A stretch of DNA of 64,000 nt from an uncultured Chloroflexia bacterium. GTDB taxonomy: Bacteria > Chloroflexota > Dehalococcoidia > UBA2979. The translations under genes and the position numbers were made by a program. The stretch is taken from positions 37,733 to 101,732 of the forward strand of contig CAVSIV010000002.1 in assembly GCA_963728205.1 (NCBI GenBank). Direction: 5' to 3'. A model generated the notes under the pieces. That model was not told the origin of the DNA, did no database searches, and saw only the letters and a program-made list of their open reading frames with translations. Each line of letters begins with the position of its first letter. Position 1 is the first letter of the stretch. This document shows, piece by piece, positions 8,934 through 17,725 of the stretch.

Positions 8934-10367
8934 GTGACCGCCCCACCGCCGAACTCCCACCCCATGGGCCCCGCCGGCACCCCCGGCTCCGCTGACAGCG
9001 GATCGCACCTCGCCGCGCACGGCGAGCGCGTGACGAACTGGGGACGGGACGTCGTCTCGTTCCCCCGCTCGGTCGTGCAACCCGAGAGCGTCGAGGAGAT
9101 CGTCGCGATCCTCCGCGATCGCGAGCGCTACCCGTCGCCGGTGCGGGCCGTCGGCTCGAACCACTCGACCACGCGGTGCGGCGTCGCGGACGAGGGCACG
9201 CTCGTCAGCATGCGGCGCATGAACCGCATCCTGCACATCGGCGACGACACCATCACCGTGCAGGCGGGCGCGCTCTACATCGACGTCGCCAAGGAGCTCG
9301 AGCGCCGCGGGCTGCAGCTGTTCGTGAACGTCGAGCTCGGCAACCTGAGCATCGGCAGCGCGGCATGCGGCGGGACGAAGGATTCGTCGATGCCCGGCGA
9401 GTTCGGGCAGGTCGCCTCGTACGCCATCGCCATGAAGCTCGTGACGCCGAGCGGCGAGCTCGTCGAGATCGACGAGTCGGATCCCGAGCTGCTCCAGGTC
9501 GCGCGCTCGAGCTACGGCCTGTTCGGCATCGTCTACGAGGTCACCTTCCGCGTGCAGCGGCTGCGCCCCCTCGTCGTCCACCACGAGACGTTCGACATCG
9601 ACGAGTTCGCGACGCGCCTCCCGGAGCTGCGACGCCGCAACGAGGCGATGATGATGTACATCTCGCCGAACCTGCGGACCGTCACGGTCGAGTTCCGGCA
9701 CTATCGCGACGCGGTGCTGAAGCGGCCGAGCCGCTGGCAGTGGCGGCTGCGCGACATGGTCTGGAGCAAGACGGCGCCGTCGTACGGACGGCTGGTGAGC
9801 ATGCTGGTCCCGTCGCGCCGCGCGCGCTACTGGTTGGTCGACCGGCTCGACCAGGCCATCAACATCGTGCTCAGCCGATTCCTGAAGGGCGACAACACCT
9901 CGCCCGCCGACCAGATGATCCGCTACCCCTCGATCGGCGGCTTCAGCGCCTACACCTTCAGCATCTGGGCGTTCCCCGACGAGCGTTACGGCGACGTCCT
10001 CCGCGAGTACTTCGCGTGGGTCGAGGACTACTACCGGCAGACGGGCTATCGCTGCGACCTGCTGCACGTCGGCTACCGCATCGCGGAGGACACGAACTCG
10101 CTGTTCTCGTACACGTCTGAGGGCACGGTGATGACGATCGACCCGGTGTCGACCGGCGGGCCGGGCTGGGACCAGTTCCTCGCGGCGTACAACGACTGGT
10201 GCAGCTCGCGCGGCGGCATCCCGTTGTTCAACCAGACGAAGTGGCTGACCCGGGAGCAGGTCCGGCGCGCCTTCGGCTCGCGGCTCGAGCGCTTCGGCGC
10301 CTACCGGCGTCGCTACGACCCGGACGACCGCATGCTCAACGACTACTTCCGCGATTTGATCGTCTAG
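8934..10367 (+). CDS. FAD-binding oxidoreductase (FAD_binding_4; gulonolactone/arabinonolactone-oxidase-like)
   Basis: Track ORF, 477 aa. ...PESVEEIVAILRD...VRAVGSNHS...ITVQAGALYIDV... is typical of the VAO/PCMH flavoprotein fold. The start is uncertain. Confidence 0.8.
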   Translation: MTAPPPNSHPMGPAGTPGSADSGSHLAAHGERVTNWGRDVVSFPRSVVQPESVEEIVAILRDRERYPSPVRAVGSNHSTTRCGVADEGTLVSMRRMNRILHIGDDTITVQAGALYIDVAKELERRGLQLFVNVELGNLSIGSAACGGTKDSSMPGEFGQVASYAIAMKLVTPSGELVEIDESDPELLQVARSSYGLFGIVYEVTFRVQRLRPLVVHHETFDIDEFATRLPELRRRNEAMMMYISPNLRTVTVEFRHYRDAVLKRPSRWQWRLRDMVWSKTAPSYGRLVSMLVPSRRARYWLVDRLDQAINIVLSRFLKGDNTSPADQMIRYPSIGGFSAYTFSIWAFPDERYGDVLREYFAWVEDYYRQTGYRCDLLHVGYRIAEDTNSLFSYTSEGTVMTIDPVSTGGPGWDQFLAAYNDWCSSRGGIPLFNQTKWLTREQVRRAFGSRLERFGAYRRRYDPDDRMLNDYFRDLIV

Positions 10368-10481
10368 CGATCGGCGCGTGGGACGCCCCGGCGTCCCCGC
10401 CCACGTGTGCGCGGGGGCGGTCTGCGGGCCGGGTCGTCGGGAGGCTGGCGCATCCCGCGCGCCCGGGGGAGGTCATTCGCG

Positions 10482-10982
10482 ATGGTGGAGTTACCCGGCA
10501 CGGACGCGCGTGCCGTCGCCCGCAGCTACTTCGACCGCCTGATCAACCAGCACGACCTGGACTTCGCGGACGAGCTCTTCGATCCGGCGATCGCCTTCCG
10601 CGACCCGGCGATCCCCGGGGGTGGCGTCGACGGCATCCCGCAGCTGAAGCGCTTCTTCGCGACCTTCTTCGCGACGTTCCCCGACGTGCACTTCGCCGTC
10701 GACGACTTCTTCGCGGAGGACGACCGCGTGGCGGTGCGCTTCACCTGGACGGGGACGCATCGCGCGCGCCTCTTCGGGGTCACGGTGGCGCGGCGCAGCG
10801 TGAGCGTGCCCGGCATCGATATCTTCCACGTCGCGAACGGCCGCATCACCGAGGTCCGCGTGGCGTTCGACCCGCTTGATCTCATCGAGCAGATGACCGG
10901 CCTGCGCGGGCTGCTCGCCCGCTTCGCGATCCCGCTCGTGCGCGCGCTGTGGCTCGGCCGGCTGCGGGGGCGTCCGCGATGA
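10482..10982 (+). CDS. SnoaL-like ester/polyketide cyclase family protein
   Basis: Track ORF 10407..10982 trimmed to ATG 10482 (GGGGGAGG upstream). Sequence ...YFDRLINQHDLDFADELFDP...DDRVAVRFTWTGTH...IFHVANGRITEV... Confidence 0.75.
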   Translation: MVELPGTDARAVARSYFDRLINQHDLDFADELFDPAIAFRDPAIPGGGVDGIPQLKRFFATFFATFPDVHFAVDDFFAEDDRVAVRFTWTGTHRARLFGVTVARRSVSVPGIDIFHVANGRITEVRVAFDPLDLIEQMTGLRGLLARFAIPLVRALWLGRLRGRPR

Positions 10983-12238
10983 CGCACCAGGTCGCGCTCA
11001 CGGTGCGCGCCGCCGTCGGTCCCGGGCAAGCGGACGCGCTGCGCGCGCTGCTCGCGCAGATGCAGCGCGCGGGCGCGTGCAACGACGTGATCCGCTTCAG
11101 CGACCTGCCGGCGACGCACTTCGCCCGGCTGCTCGTCGTCGACGACGAACCGGTCCCGGGTGCCGCGTCGCTGCTGCTGATGCTCGACTGCGACGCGCCC
11201 GCCGGCGACCGCCTGCGGGAGTTCGCGCGCGTCGCGGGCGCAGGCATGGATCGTGTCTTCGGCCACTGCGTGGACTATCCGCGCGGGACGGTCACTGAGG
11301 CGCACCGCGTGCGCTTCCTGCGCACGCACGTCGTCGGGTCGCAGGTGATCTACATCCACCGCGTCGGGCGCACGCTCGAGCAGGTGCGCCAGGAGCGGCA
11401 GCTGCGCGAGGCGATCCGCGACCTCGTCGACCGGTCGGCGCAGGACTGGGCCGGTCGGGGTGCCCGGGAGGTCCGCGAGACGATCCGGGCGTTCGTCGCG
11501 TCGCGCCCGGACCTCGCCCGGGCAATGGACCCGCCCGCCCGTCCCGGGCTGCGCTTCCGCGCGCGCGAGGCGCTGCAGCGGTTCGGCCTTCCGCTTGTGC
11601 TCGTCCTGCTGTCGCCGGTCGTCGCCCCGCTGCTCGTGCTCGTGTTCCTCTGGCTGCGGCTCGAGGAGCTCCGCGGGCCGGAGCCGGACATCCGGCTCGA
11701 TCACGGGCGGCTGCGCGCACTGACGGATGCGGAGGACTTCGGCGCCCAGAACGCGATCACCACGGTCGCGCCGCTGAAGCCCGGCCGGTTCTGGCGCCTG
11801 ACCGCGCCGCTCTTCCTCCAGGCCGCCGCGTTCGCGACGCGGCACGTGTTCAACCACGACAACCTCGCCGGGCTGCGCACCGTGCACTTCGCGCGGCTGA
11901 TGCGGCTCGACGACGGGCGGTTCATGTTCACGAGCTACTACGACGGCAGCCTCGAGAGCTACATGGACGACTTCGTCGACCAGGTGGCGTGGGTGTTGAA
12001 CACCGGGTTCGGCAACGAGGACGGCTACCCGAAGACGCGCTGGCTCTTCTTTGCCGGCGCCCATCGCGAGCAGCAGTTCAAGGCGTTCCTGCGCGGGCAC
12101 CAGGTGGCGACGCAGTACTGGTACTCGGCGTACCCGGACCTCACCGCGACGAATGTCGACAACAACTCCGCGATCCGCGACGGGCTGCGCGGCGACATGG
12201 ACGACGAGGCGGCGGCCGCATGGTTGCGCCGCCTGTGA
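10979..12238 (+). CDS. conserved-looking protein of unknown function with one central TM helix
   Basis: Track ORF 10949..12238. ATG 10979 overlaps the SnoaL stop (ATGA). N-terminal alpha/beta-like domain (VALTVRAAVGPGQADALRALL...THFARLLVVD), TM helix FGLPLVLVLLSPVVAPLLVLVFLWL, and a C-terminal domain (LRTVHFARLMRLDDGRFMFTSYYDGSLESYMDDFVD). I recognise no named family. Confidence 0.7.
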   Translation: MTHQVALTVRAAVGPGQADALRALLAQMQRAGACNDVIRFSDLPATHFARLLVVDDEPVPGAASLLLMLDCDAPAGDRLREFARVAGAGMDRVFGHCVDYPRGTVTEAHRVRFLRTHVVGSQVIYIHRVGRTLEQVRQERQLREAIRDLVDRSAQDWAGRGAREVRETIRAFVASRPDLARAMDPPARPGLRFRAREALQRFGLPLVLVLLSPVVAPLLVLVFLWLRLEELRGPEPDIRLDHGRLRALTDAEDFGAQNAITTVAPLKPGRFWRLTAPLFLQAAAFATRHVFNHDNLAGLRTVHFARLMRLDDGRFMFTSYYDGSLESYMDDFVDQVAWVLNTGFGNEDGYPKTRWLFFAGAHREQQFKAFLRGHQVATQYWYSAYPDLTATNVDNNSAIRDGLRGDMDDEAAAAWLRRL

Positions 12239-12283
12239 CGGACCGGCCGCACGCCGCGGTCGAGGGGACGACGGGCAACGACG

Positions 12284-13687
12284 ATGGCTGAACGGCTCGA
12301 AGTTGGGGACATCCAGGGGCTGGTTGCGCGCGGGTACGGGACGCTGGCCGCCGCGTGCTACGTGCTGCTGCGCGTCGCGGACGCCGGCGCCGCGCGCGCG
12401 TGGCTCGGCGCGCTCGCCGGCGACCTCACGTCGGCGGAGAGCCGGCCCGACGCGACCGCCGTCAACGTCGCGTTCACGCGCGCGGGCCTCGAGCGCCTCG
12501 GTGTCGGGGCGGCCACGCTGAGCGCGTTCGCCCCGCAGTTCGTCGAGGGCCTCGCGCAGCCGCACCGCTCACGCATCCTCGGCGACGACGGCGACAGCGC
12601 GCCCGAGCGCTGGCGCTGGGGCGGGCCCGGCACGCCGTCCGTCGACCTCGTGCTGATGCTGTTCGCCGCGGACGGGGCGTCCCTTGACGGTCTCTACGAC
12701 GCGCACGCCGGCCGCCTCGCCGGGGCCGGCATCGAGCAGCTGGCGCGACTCGACACAACGTATCTCGGCGGACGCGAGCACTTCGGCTTCAGGGACGGCG
12801 TGTCGCAGCCGACCATCGATGGGCTCTCGCGGCAGGACCGTCCCGCGAACACGGTGCAGCCCGGTGAGTTCGTCCTCGGATACCGCAACGAGTACGACGT
12901 CGCGGCGGAGCCCATCGCGGTGCCCGCGGGCACCAATCGCGCCGGCGCGCTCGCGGGCGTCGGTGGCGACCTCGGGCGCAACGGCTCCTACCTCGTGTTC
13001 CGGCAGCTCGAGCAGGACGTGGCTGGCTTCTGGCGCACCGTCGACGCGCTCACCCGCGACGCGGGCGGCGGTTCCGACCCGGCGGCGCGCACGCGCCTCG
13101 CGGCCAAGATGGTCGGCCGCTGGCCGAGCGGCGCGTCGCTCGCGCTGGCGCCGGATCACGACAATCCCGCGCGCGCGGACGCGAACGACTTCGCGTACCA
13201 CCAGCAGGACCCGGACGGCCTCGCGTGCCCGATCGGCTCGCACGTTCGTCGCACGAACCCGCGCGACTCGCTCGAGCCGAAGCCCGGCTCGAAGCAGTCC
13301 GTGGCGGCGGCGAACCATCACCGCCTGCTCCGTCGCGGCCGCAGCTACGGCCCGCCGCTTGCGATCCCCGAGATCTTCGACGCGAACGCCGGCACCGCGG
13401 CGCAGGAGCGCGGGCTGCACTTCATCTGCCTCGTCGGCGACATCGCGCGCCAGTTCGAGTTCGTCCAGCACACGTGGGTGAACAACCCGAAGTTCGGCGG
13501 CCTCTATGACGACGGGGATCCGCTGATGGCGCCCCACGGCGATACCGGGGCGACGTTCAGCGAGCAGGCGGAACCCGTCGTGCGACGCCACGGCGGCCTG
13601 CCGCGCTTCGTGGCCGTGCGCGGCGGTGCCTACTTCTTCCTCCCGGGCATTCGCGCCGTGCGCTACCTCGCCGCGCTCGGGGGGTGA
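12284..13687 (+). CDS. Dyp-type haem peroxidase
   Basis: Track ORF, 467 aa. GxxDG motif in EHFGFRDGVSQP, proximal-His region CPIGSHVRRTNPRD, distal Arg region LLRRGRSYG. Confidence 0.9.
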   Translation: MAERLEVGDIQGLVARGYGTLAAACYVLLRVADAGAARAWLGALAGDLTSAESRPDATAVNVAFTRAGLERLGVGAATLSAFAPQFVEGLAQPHRSRILGDDGDSAPERWRWGGPGTPSVDLVLMLFAADGASLDGLYDAHAGRLAGAGIEQLARLDTTYLGGREHFGFRDGVSQPTIDGLSRQDRPANTVQPGEFVLGYRNEYDVAAEPIAVPAGTNRAGALAGVGGDLGRNGSYLVFRQLEQDVAGFWRTVDALTRDAGGGSDPAARTRLAAKMVGRWPSGASLALAPDHDNPARADANDFAYHQQDPDGLACPIGSHVRRTNPRDSLEPKPGSKQSVAAANHHRLLRRGRSYGPPLAIPEIFDANAGTAAQERGLHFICLVGDIARQFEFVQHTWVNNPKFGGLYDDGDPLMAPHGDTGATFSEQAEPVVRRHGGLPRFVAVRGGAYFFLPGIRAVRYLAALGG

Positions 13688-13704
13688 AGACGGCTGGGTG
13701 CTCG

Positions 13705-13727
13705 GCGCCGGGCGCCGCGCCCGGCGC
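13705..13727. terminator. GC hairpin between convergent genes (possible bidirectional terminator)
   Basis: GCGCCGGGC-gccgc-GCCCGGCGC, a 9-bp perfect stem, between the DyP stop (13687) and the stop of the minus-strand membrane gene (13738). No U-tract. Confidence 0.4.
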
Positions 13728-13737
13728 GACGAGCCGG

Positions 13738-14409
13738 TCAGGCGTTCGCGACGGGATCCTGTGCGCGCTGCTTCGCGCTTTCGATGCGCGAGATCAGGTC
13801 GTGCAGCGGCTTCGTTCCGCCTCCAATCACGAGGCCGGTCACGAGGATGTCGATCGGCACGCTCGGCCGTCGGTCGGCGATGGCGGCGATCAGGTAGATG
13901 CCGATCGTCGCGCTGGCGAGCATCCCGAGGACGGTCGCGGCGGACCACATGATGTACGCGCGGGCGCGCTGGCGCCGGTCCAGCCGGTCGCGCGCATCGG
14001 CCGCGGCCTGCCACCGGGCAGGATCGTCGGGCGCGTTCATGGCCGCGGCCATCGCCACCTCCATCTCGCCCCGCGCGGTGCGCGACTCCATGACGAACGA
14101 CGCGAACGGCTCGAGCAGCCGCTCGGTTGCCTGCGCGGCGATGTAGAGCAGCGCGAAGGCGCTCGTGTCGGACGCCACGCGGATCGGCGCCGCGTGAACG
14201 CTCTCCCAGATGGCAATGCTGACGGCGTAGCCGACGATCACCACCAGCGTGGCGATACCGGGCGCGACGGCGTCCGGGTGGCGGTACCAGGGCTCCTTGC
14301 CCCGCGCGGGAGGCGTCGAGGCAGCAGCAACTGCGCGCGCGCGCGTCCCGGTCGCGTCGCGGCTGGCATCGGGGTTCACGACGAGTGTCACGGCATCCCG
14401 CCTTCCCAT
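13738..14409 (-). CDS. integral membrane protein, unknown function (about 4 TM)
   Basis: C-terminal 223 codons of track ORF 13738..14679 from ATG 14409. Hydrophobic segments IATLVVIVGYAVSIAIW, FALLYIAAQA, IMWSAATVLGMLASATIGIYLIAAI, ILVTGLVIGGG. The upstream part of the ORF is Arg/Pro shadow sequence. No clear SD. Confidence 0.55.
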   Translation of the reverse strand: MGRRDAVTLVVNPDASRDATGTRARAVAAASTPPARGKEPWYRHPDAVAPGIATLVVIVGYAVSIAIWESVHAAPIRVASDTSAFALLYIAAQATERLLEPFASFVMESRTARGEMEVAMAAAMNAPDDPARWQAAADARDRLDRRQRARAYIMWSAATVLGMLASATIGIYLIAAIADRRPSVPIDILVTGLVIGGGTKPLHDLISRIESAKQRAQDPVANA

Positions 14410-14794
14410 GACGGCCCGCGCGCATCTTAGCCGGGCGGCGCTCGGCGCGATGGATTGCGGCCGGACGCGGACGGGCGCCCACGGGCGCAGTCGAGGCGCC
14501 CGGCGCGGTCGAGGCGCCCCGGCGCGGTCGGCCGCGCGGTGCGCGGTGGGCGTGGCGCGCACGCAAATGCTGTGCTCGCGGCCCCGGCGGGCGCCGAGCG
14601 CGATGCGATCGGACGAGCGGTTGAGGGTCCGGAGCGGCGCCTGAAGGCGGCCCGCAAGCTCAACCGTTGCGAGCTTCACGGCGTGATGCTCGATGAAGTC
14701 GGCGCGGCGCTCCCGTGGTCGCCGCTTATTTCGCCGGCCTCGGCCTGATGCATCGCCAGCCGGCGCCCGCGGCCGGACTCTGATCGTCCACCGT

Positions 14795-14836
14795 TCTATT
14801 ATCTGTTTATATCTATTGCAGATATATCATCAATAG
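14795..14836. promoter_or_regulatory. AT-rich island with nested inverted repeats (candidate operator/promoter)
   Basis: TCTATTATCTGTTTATATCTATTGCAGATATATCATCAATAG. Perfect arms TATATCT (14808-14814) and AGATATA (14820-14826); outer arms CTATT (14796-14800) and AATAG (14832-14836); TCTATT occurs twice. It lies about 55 nt upstream of the propeller-protein ORF and stands out in a roughly 70% GC background. Confidence 0.4.
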
Positions 14837-14891
14837 TTGCGAAATCTGACCGAAACAATGCGCTGGCATCATCCCGCGGCCCGGCTCCCCG

Positions 14892-16529
14892 TTGGCTCGG
14901 TCGTGGACCTGGAAACCGGCGAGGACCTACGGGCGCGCGATCGGGGGATGCTTGTCTCGACTTCGTGGACGCTTCTTCGCGTCCGCCGTCCTTTCGGCCC
15001 TGGTGGCCGCACTGGCAATCGGCGCAGTGTCGGCTTCGCAGGGGAGTCAGTGGAATACGGCGGGCGGAGACCGCCAGAACACGCGCTTCCAGAATTCAGA
15101 GCACCAGCTGAGTCCATCCAACGTCCCCGGTCTCACGCCGAAGTGGGTGTTCGAGACGGGCGGGGACGTGTCGGCGACGCCTGCGGTCGACGGAGAGACC
15201 GTGTACTTCCCCGACTGGGCAGGCAACCTCTACGCGGTGGACCGGCAGACCGGTGCGCTCAAGTGGCAGGCGAATGTTGCCGCGGTCACGGGTGTCCCCG
15301 GAGACAAGGCTCGGGCCACGCCGGCGGTGACGAGTGACAGGGTCATCGTCGGTACGCAGGGCCCGTTCGGTGGTGGCGGCAAGGTCCTGGCGTTCGACAA
15401 GTTCTCCGGCGCGCTCGTGTGGAGCACACAGCTGGAGACGAACCCGGCCGCGATCATCACGCAGTCGGCGACCGTGTTCGACGGGGTGGTCTACGTCGGA
15501 GTCGCTTCCATGGAGGAGGCGCTCGCCGCGATCGTCCCCGGATACCAGTTGTCGTTCCGGGGAAGCATGGCCGCCCTCGATCTCGAGACCGGTCAGATCC
15601 TGTGGAAGACGTACACCGCGCCGGAAGGCTTTACCGGAAACGCGGTCTGGGGCAGCTCGCCCGCGATCGACACGAAGCGCGGCCAGCTGTACATCGCCAC
15701 CGGCAACAACTACTCGGTGCCGCAGTCGGTGCTCGACTGCGTCGCCGCCGCCGGAGACGATCAGGGCGCGATCGCTGCATGCGTTCCGGCGGATAACCAT
15801 TTCGACTCGATCCTGGCGCTGGACCTCAAAACGGGCGCCATCCGCTGGGCCACTCGAGCGCTGCCGTACGATGCCTTCACGGTGAACTGTGTTCCGGGCT
15901 TGATCCCCGGTGTCCCCGGTTTCCCCGACGAGTGCCCCGATCCCGCCGGGCCGGACTACGACTTCGGTCAGGCCCCGGCTCTCTTCACGACCACTGCTCA
16001 CGGCAAGCCGCGTGAGCTGGTGGGCGCCGGTCAGAAGAGCGGGCAGTACTGGGCGCTGAATCCCGACACGGGCGCCGTCGTCTGGGTGACGCAGGCGGGT
16101 CCCGGTGGCCTTGCCGGCGGCCTGCAGTGGGGCTCCGCCGTCGACGGAACTCGCGTCTACACGGCGAACGCCAACACGGATTCGAAGGCATGGACGCTTC
16201 CGAACGGAACGGCGACGACGCAGGGCGTGTGGAGCGGGCTGGACGCAAGCACCGGCGAGGTGCTGTGGCAGACGACGCCACCGAGCGGGGGCGGTACGTC
16301 CGGTCCGGTCACGACCGCAAACGGAGTCGTCTTCGGGTGCTCCCTCGATCCCGCCGGACACATGTACGCGCTCGACGCGGCGTCTGGCGCCGTCCTGTGG
16401 GATTTCGCGAGCGGCGGTTCGTGCATCTCCGGTGCGGCGATCTCGAACGGCATGTTGTTCTGGGGCTCGGGGTACACGAACCTCGGGACCTCGAACAACA
16501 AGCTGTACGCGTTCGGACTTGCGAACTGA
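14892..16529 (+). CDS. secreted PQQ-like (BamB/quinoprotein-type) beta-propeller repeat protein
   Basis: Track ORF, 545 aa. Signal-like FFASAVLSALVAALAIGAVSASQG, then repeated ...G.LYA.D..TGA..W... blades (NLYAVDRQTGALKWQ, KVLAFDKFSGALVWS, MAALDLETGQILWK, ILALDLKTGAIRWA, YWALNPDTGAVVWV, HMYALDAASGAVLWD). The true start may be an internal TTG. Confidence 0.8.
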   Translation: MARSWTWKPARTYGRAIGGCLSRLRGRFFASAVLSALVAALAIGAVSASQGSQWNTAGGDRQNTRFQNSEHQLSPSNVPGLTPKWVFETGGDVSATPAVDGETVYFPDWAGNLYAVDRQTGALKWQANVAAVTGVPGDKARATPAVTSDRVIVGTQGPFGGGGKVLAFDKFSGALVWSTQLETNPAAIITQSATVFDGVVYVGVASMEEALAAIVPGYQLSFRGSMAALDLETGQILWKTYTAPEGFTGNAVWGSSPAIDTKRGQLYIATGNNYSVPQSVLDCVAAAGDDQGAIAACVPADNHFDSILALDLKTGAIRWATRALPYDAFTVNCVPGLIPGVPGFPDECPDPAGPDYDFGQAPALFTTTAHGKPRELVGAGQKSGQYWALNPDTGAVVWVTQAGPGGLAGGLQWGSAVDGTRVYTANANTDSKAWTLPNGTATTQGVWSGLDASTGEVLWQTTPPSGGGTSGPVTTANGVVFGCSLDPAGHMYALDAASGAVLWDFASGGSCISGAAISNGMLFWGSGYTNLGTSNNKLYAFGLAN

Positions 16530-16551
16530 GGATGTTCGCGTAGGGCTGGCA

Positions 16552-16588
16552 GGACTGGGGTCGGCCGGACACCGGCCGACCCCAGTCC
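16552..16588 (+). terminator. strong GC hairpin downstream of the propeller gene
   Basis: GGACTGGGGTCGGCCGG-aca-CCGGCCGACCCCAGTCC, a 17-bp perfect stem 23 nt after the stop. No U-tract, which is common in high-GC genomes. Confidence 0.6.
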
Positions 16589-16792
16589 CGGTCGCCTACT
16601 CGATCCATCTCTTCCGACTCCACACGCCCCGCCGGCAGGGCACAGGCATCGTGTCGCCCCGTCGGCGTGCGTCGCGACGTCGGTTGGCTCGGACGAGCGC
16701 CGCTGTGCAGGAGCATCGGGTTGGGAAGCGTCGGCCCGTCGGCACCCCGGTACCGGATTGCCGCTTCCCGCACCGACGGCTCCGCGCGCCCC

Positions 16793-16966
16793 GCCGTCGA
16801 GGAAGCGGCGGAGCGGCTCGACTCGCTGCCGCAGGTCTGGGCCGAGGCAACGCCAGACGTTCGCCGGTCGCTCGCTGCGCTCGTCGTGCACGTCTACGTC
16901 GACGTCGACGCCCGCCCGATCGCGGGAATCGATCCGGTCGCGGCGCTTCGCGCGCTGCTCGGGCTG
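16793..16966 (+). pseudogene. possible 3'-terminal remnant of a large serine recombinase gene
   Basis: Part of track ORF 16667..17089. AVEEAAERLDSLPQVWAEATPDVRRSLAALVVHVYVDVDARPIAGIDPVAALRALL resembles my recollection of the C-terminal ...LW..AT.EERR.L...L...VYVD......I.GI.P motif of large serine recombinases. No catalytic N-terminal part is present upstream. Confidence 0.35.
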
Positions 16967-17024
16967 GCTCTGCGGTCGGTGTCTATCGGTGCCGCGCGGC
17001 TGGTCTCACCGGGATGGTGGAGCG

Positions 17025-17100
17025 TGGTGGAGATGGGGGGACTCGAACCCCCGGCCTTCGCATTGCGAACGCGACGCTCTCCCAGCTGAGCTACATCCCC
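17025..17100 (-). tRNA. tRNA-Ala (anticodon CGC), CCA encoded
   Basis: Reverse complement GGGGATGTAGCTCAGCTGGGAGAGCGTCGCGTTCGCAATGCGAAGGCCGGGGGTTCGAGTCCCCCCATCTCCACCA folds as a cloverleaf with a G3:U70 pair and anticodon loop TTCGCAA. Confidence 0.93.
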
Positions 17101-17214
17101 ACGCCGGAAGACTGAGTATAGGAAGGGCGGCTTGTCAGCGGCAATTCCGCATGCCCGCCCCGGTTCCGCGTCGGCGCCAGGCGTGACGCCGCTGCGCGAA
17201 ACGCGCCTGCGCGT

Positions 17215-17712
17215 CTACTCCAGCAGGCCCGGCAACGGGTCGATCGTCATCCGCTTCGCGGCGACGTCCACCGCCTTGACCACGTCCGGGATCGCCGGAA
17301 CGAGCACGTCCTTCGCGCCCGGCCGCTGCACGACGTAGACGTCGTTTGCGCCCGTCCGCAGGACCTCCGACAGCCGCCCGATCACCTCGCCGCCATCCTC
17401 CGTCACCACCTCCATGCCGACGAGGTCGTCGATGTAGTACTCGCCCTCGGGCAGCGGCGGCAGGTCCTCTTCGTCGATCTCGATGACCTCGCCGCGCAGC
17501 GACTCGGCGGCGGCGCGGCTGGTCAGGCCCTCGAACACCATCATCGGGTACCCGTATGGCTCCACGACCTCGAGCACGCGCCGCCGCCGGCCGAGCACGT
17601 AGAGTTCCGCGCCGGCCTGCAGGCGCTCGGGATTCGAGGTGAGCGGGGTGACCTTGACGTGGCCCTTGAGGCCCCACGGCGCGTTGATGACGCCGACGGC
17701 GACGCGAGCCAT
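17215..17712 (-). CDS. rimM: 16S rRNA processing protein RimM
   Basis: Track ORF, 165 aa. ...VGVINAPWGLKGHVKV... N-terminal barrel and PRC-barrel C-terminus ...DDLVGMEVVTEDGGEVIGRLSEVLRTGANDVYVV... It follows rpsP and the KH gene. Confidence 0.9.
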   Translation of the reverse strand: MARVAVGVINAPWGLKGHVKVTPLTSNPERLQAGAELYVLGRRRRVLEVVEPYGYPMMVFEGLTSRAAAESLRGEVIEIDEEDLPPLPEGEYYIDDLVGMEVVTEDGGEVIGRLSEVLRTGANDVYVVQRPGAKDVLVPAIPDVVKAVDVAAKRMTIDPLPGLLE

Positions 17713-17725
17713 GAGGGCGGGCGAA

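Noticed and set aside
14590-14710. A possible helix-turn-helix regulator remnant on the minus strand (…ADFIEHHAVKLATVELAGRLQAPLRTLNRSSDRIALG…).
   Set aside because: It is only about 35 residues of vaguely wHTH-like sequence, embedded in shadow-type translation. There is no start or stop structure and no family-specific motif.
14795-14836. The AT-rich palindrome as the chromosomal dif site for the XerD-like recombinase.
   Set aside because: It lacks the conserved XerD-arm motif (TTATGTnAAnT-like) and the 11-6-11 architecture of dif sites. In addition, dif need not be near xerD.
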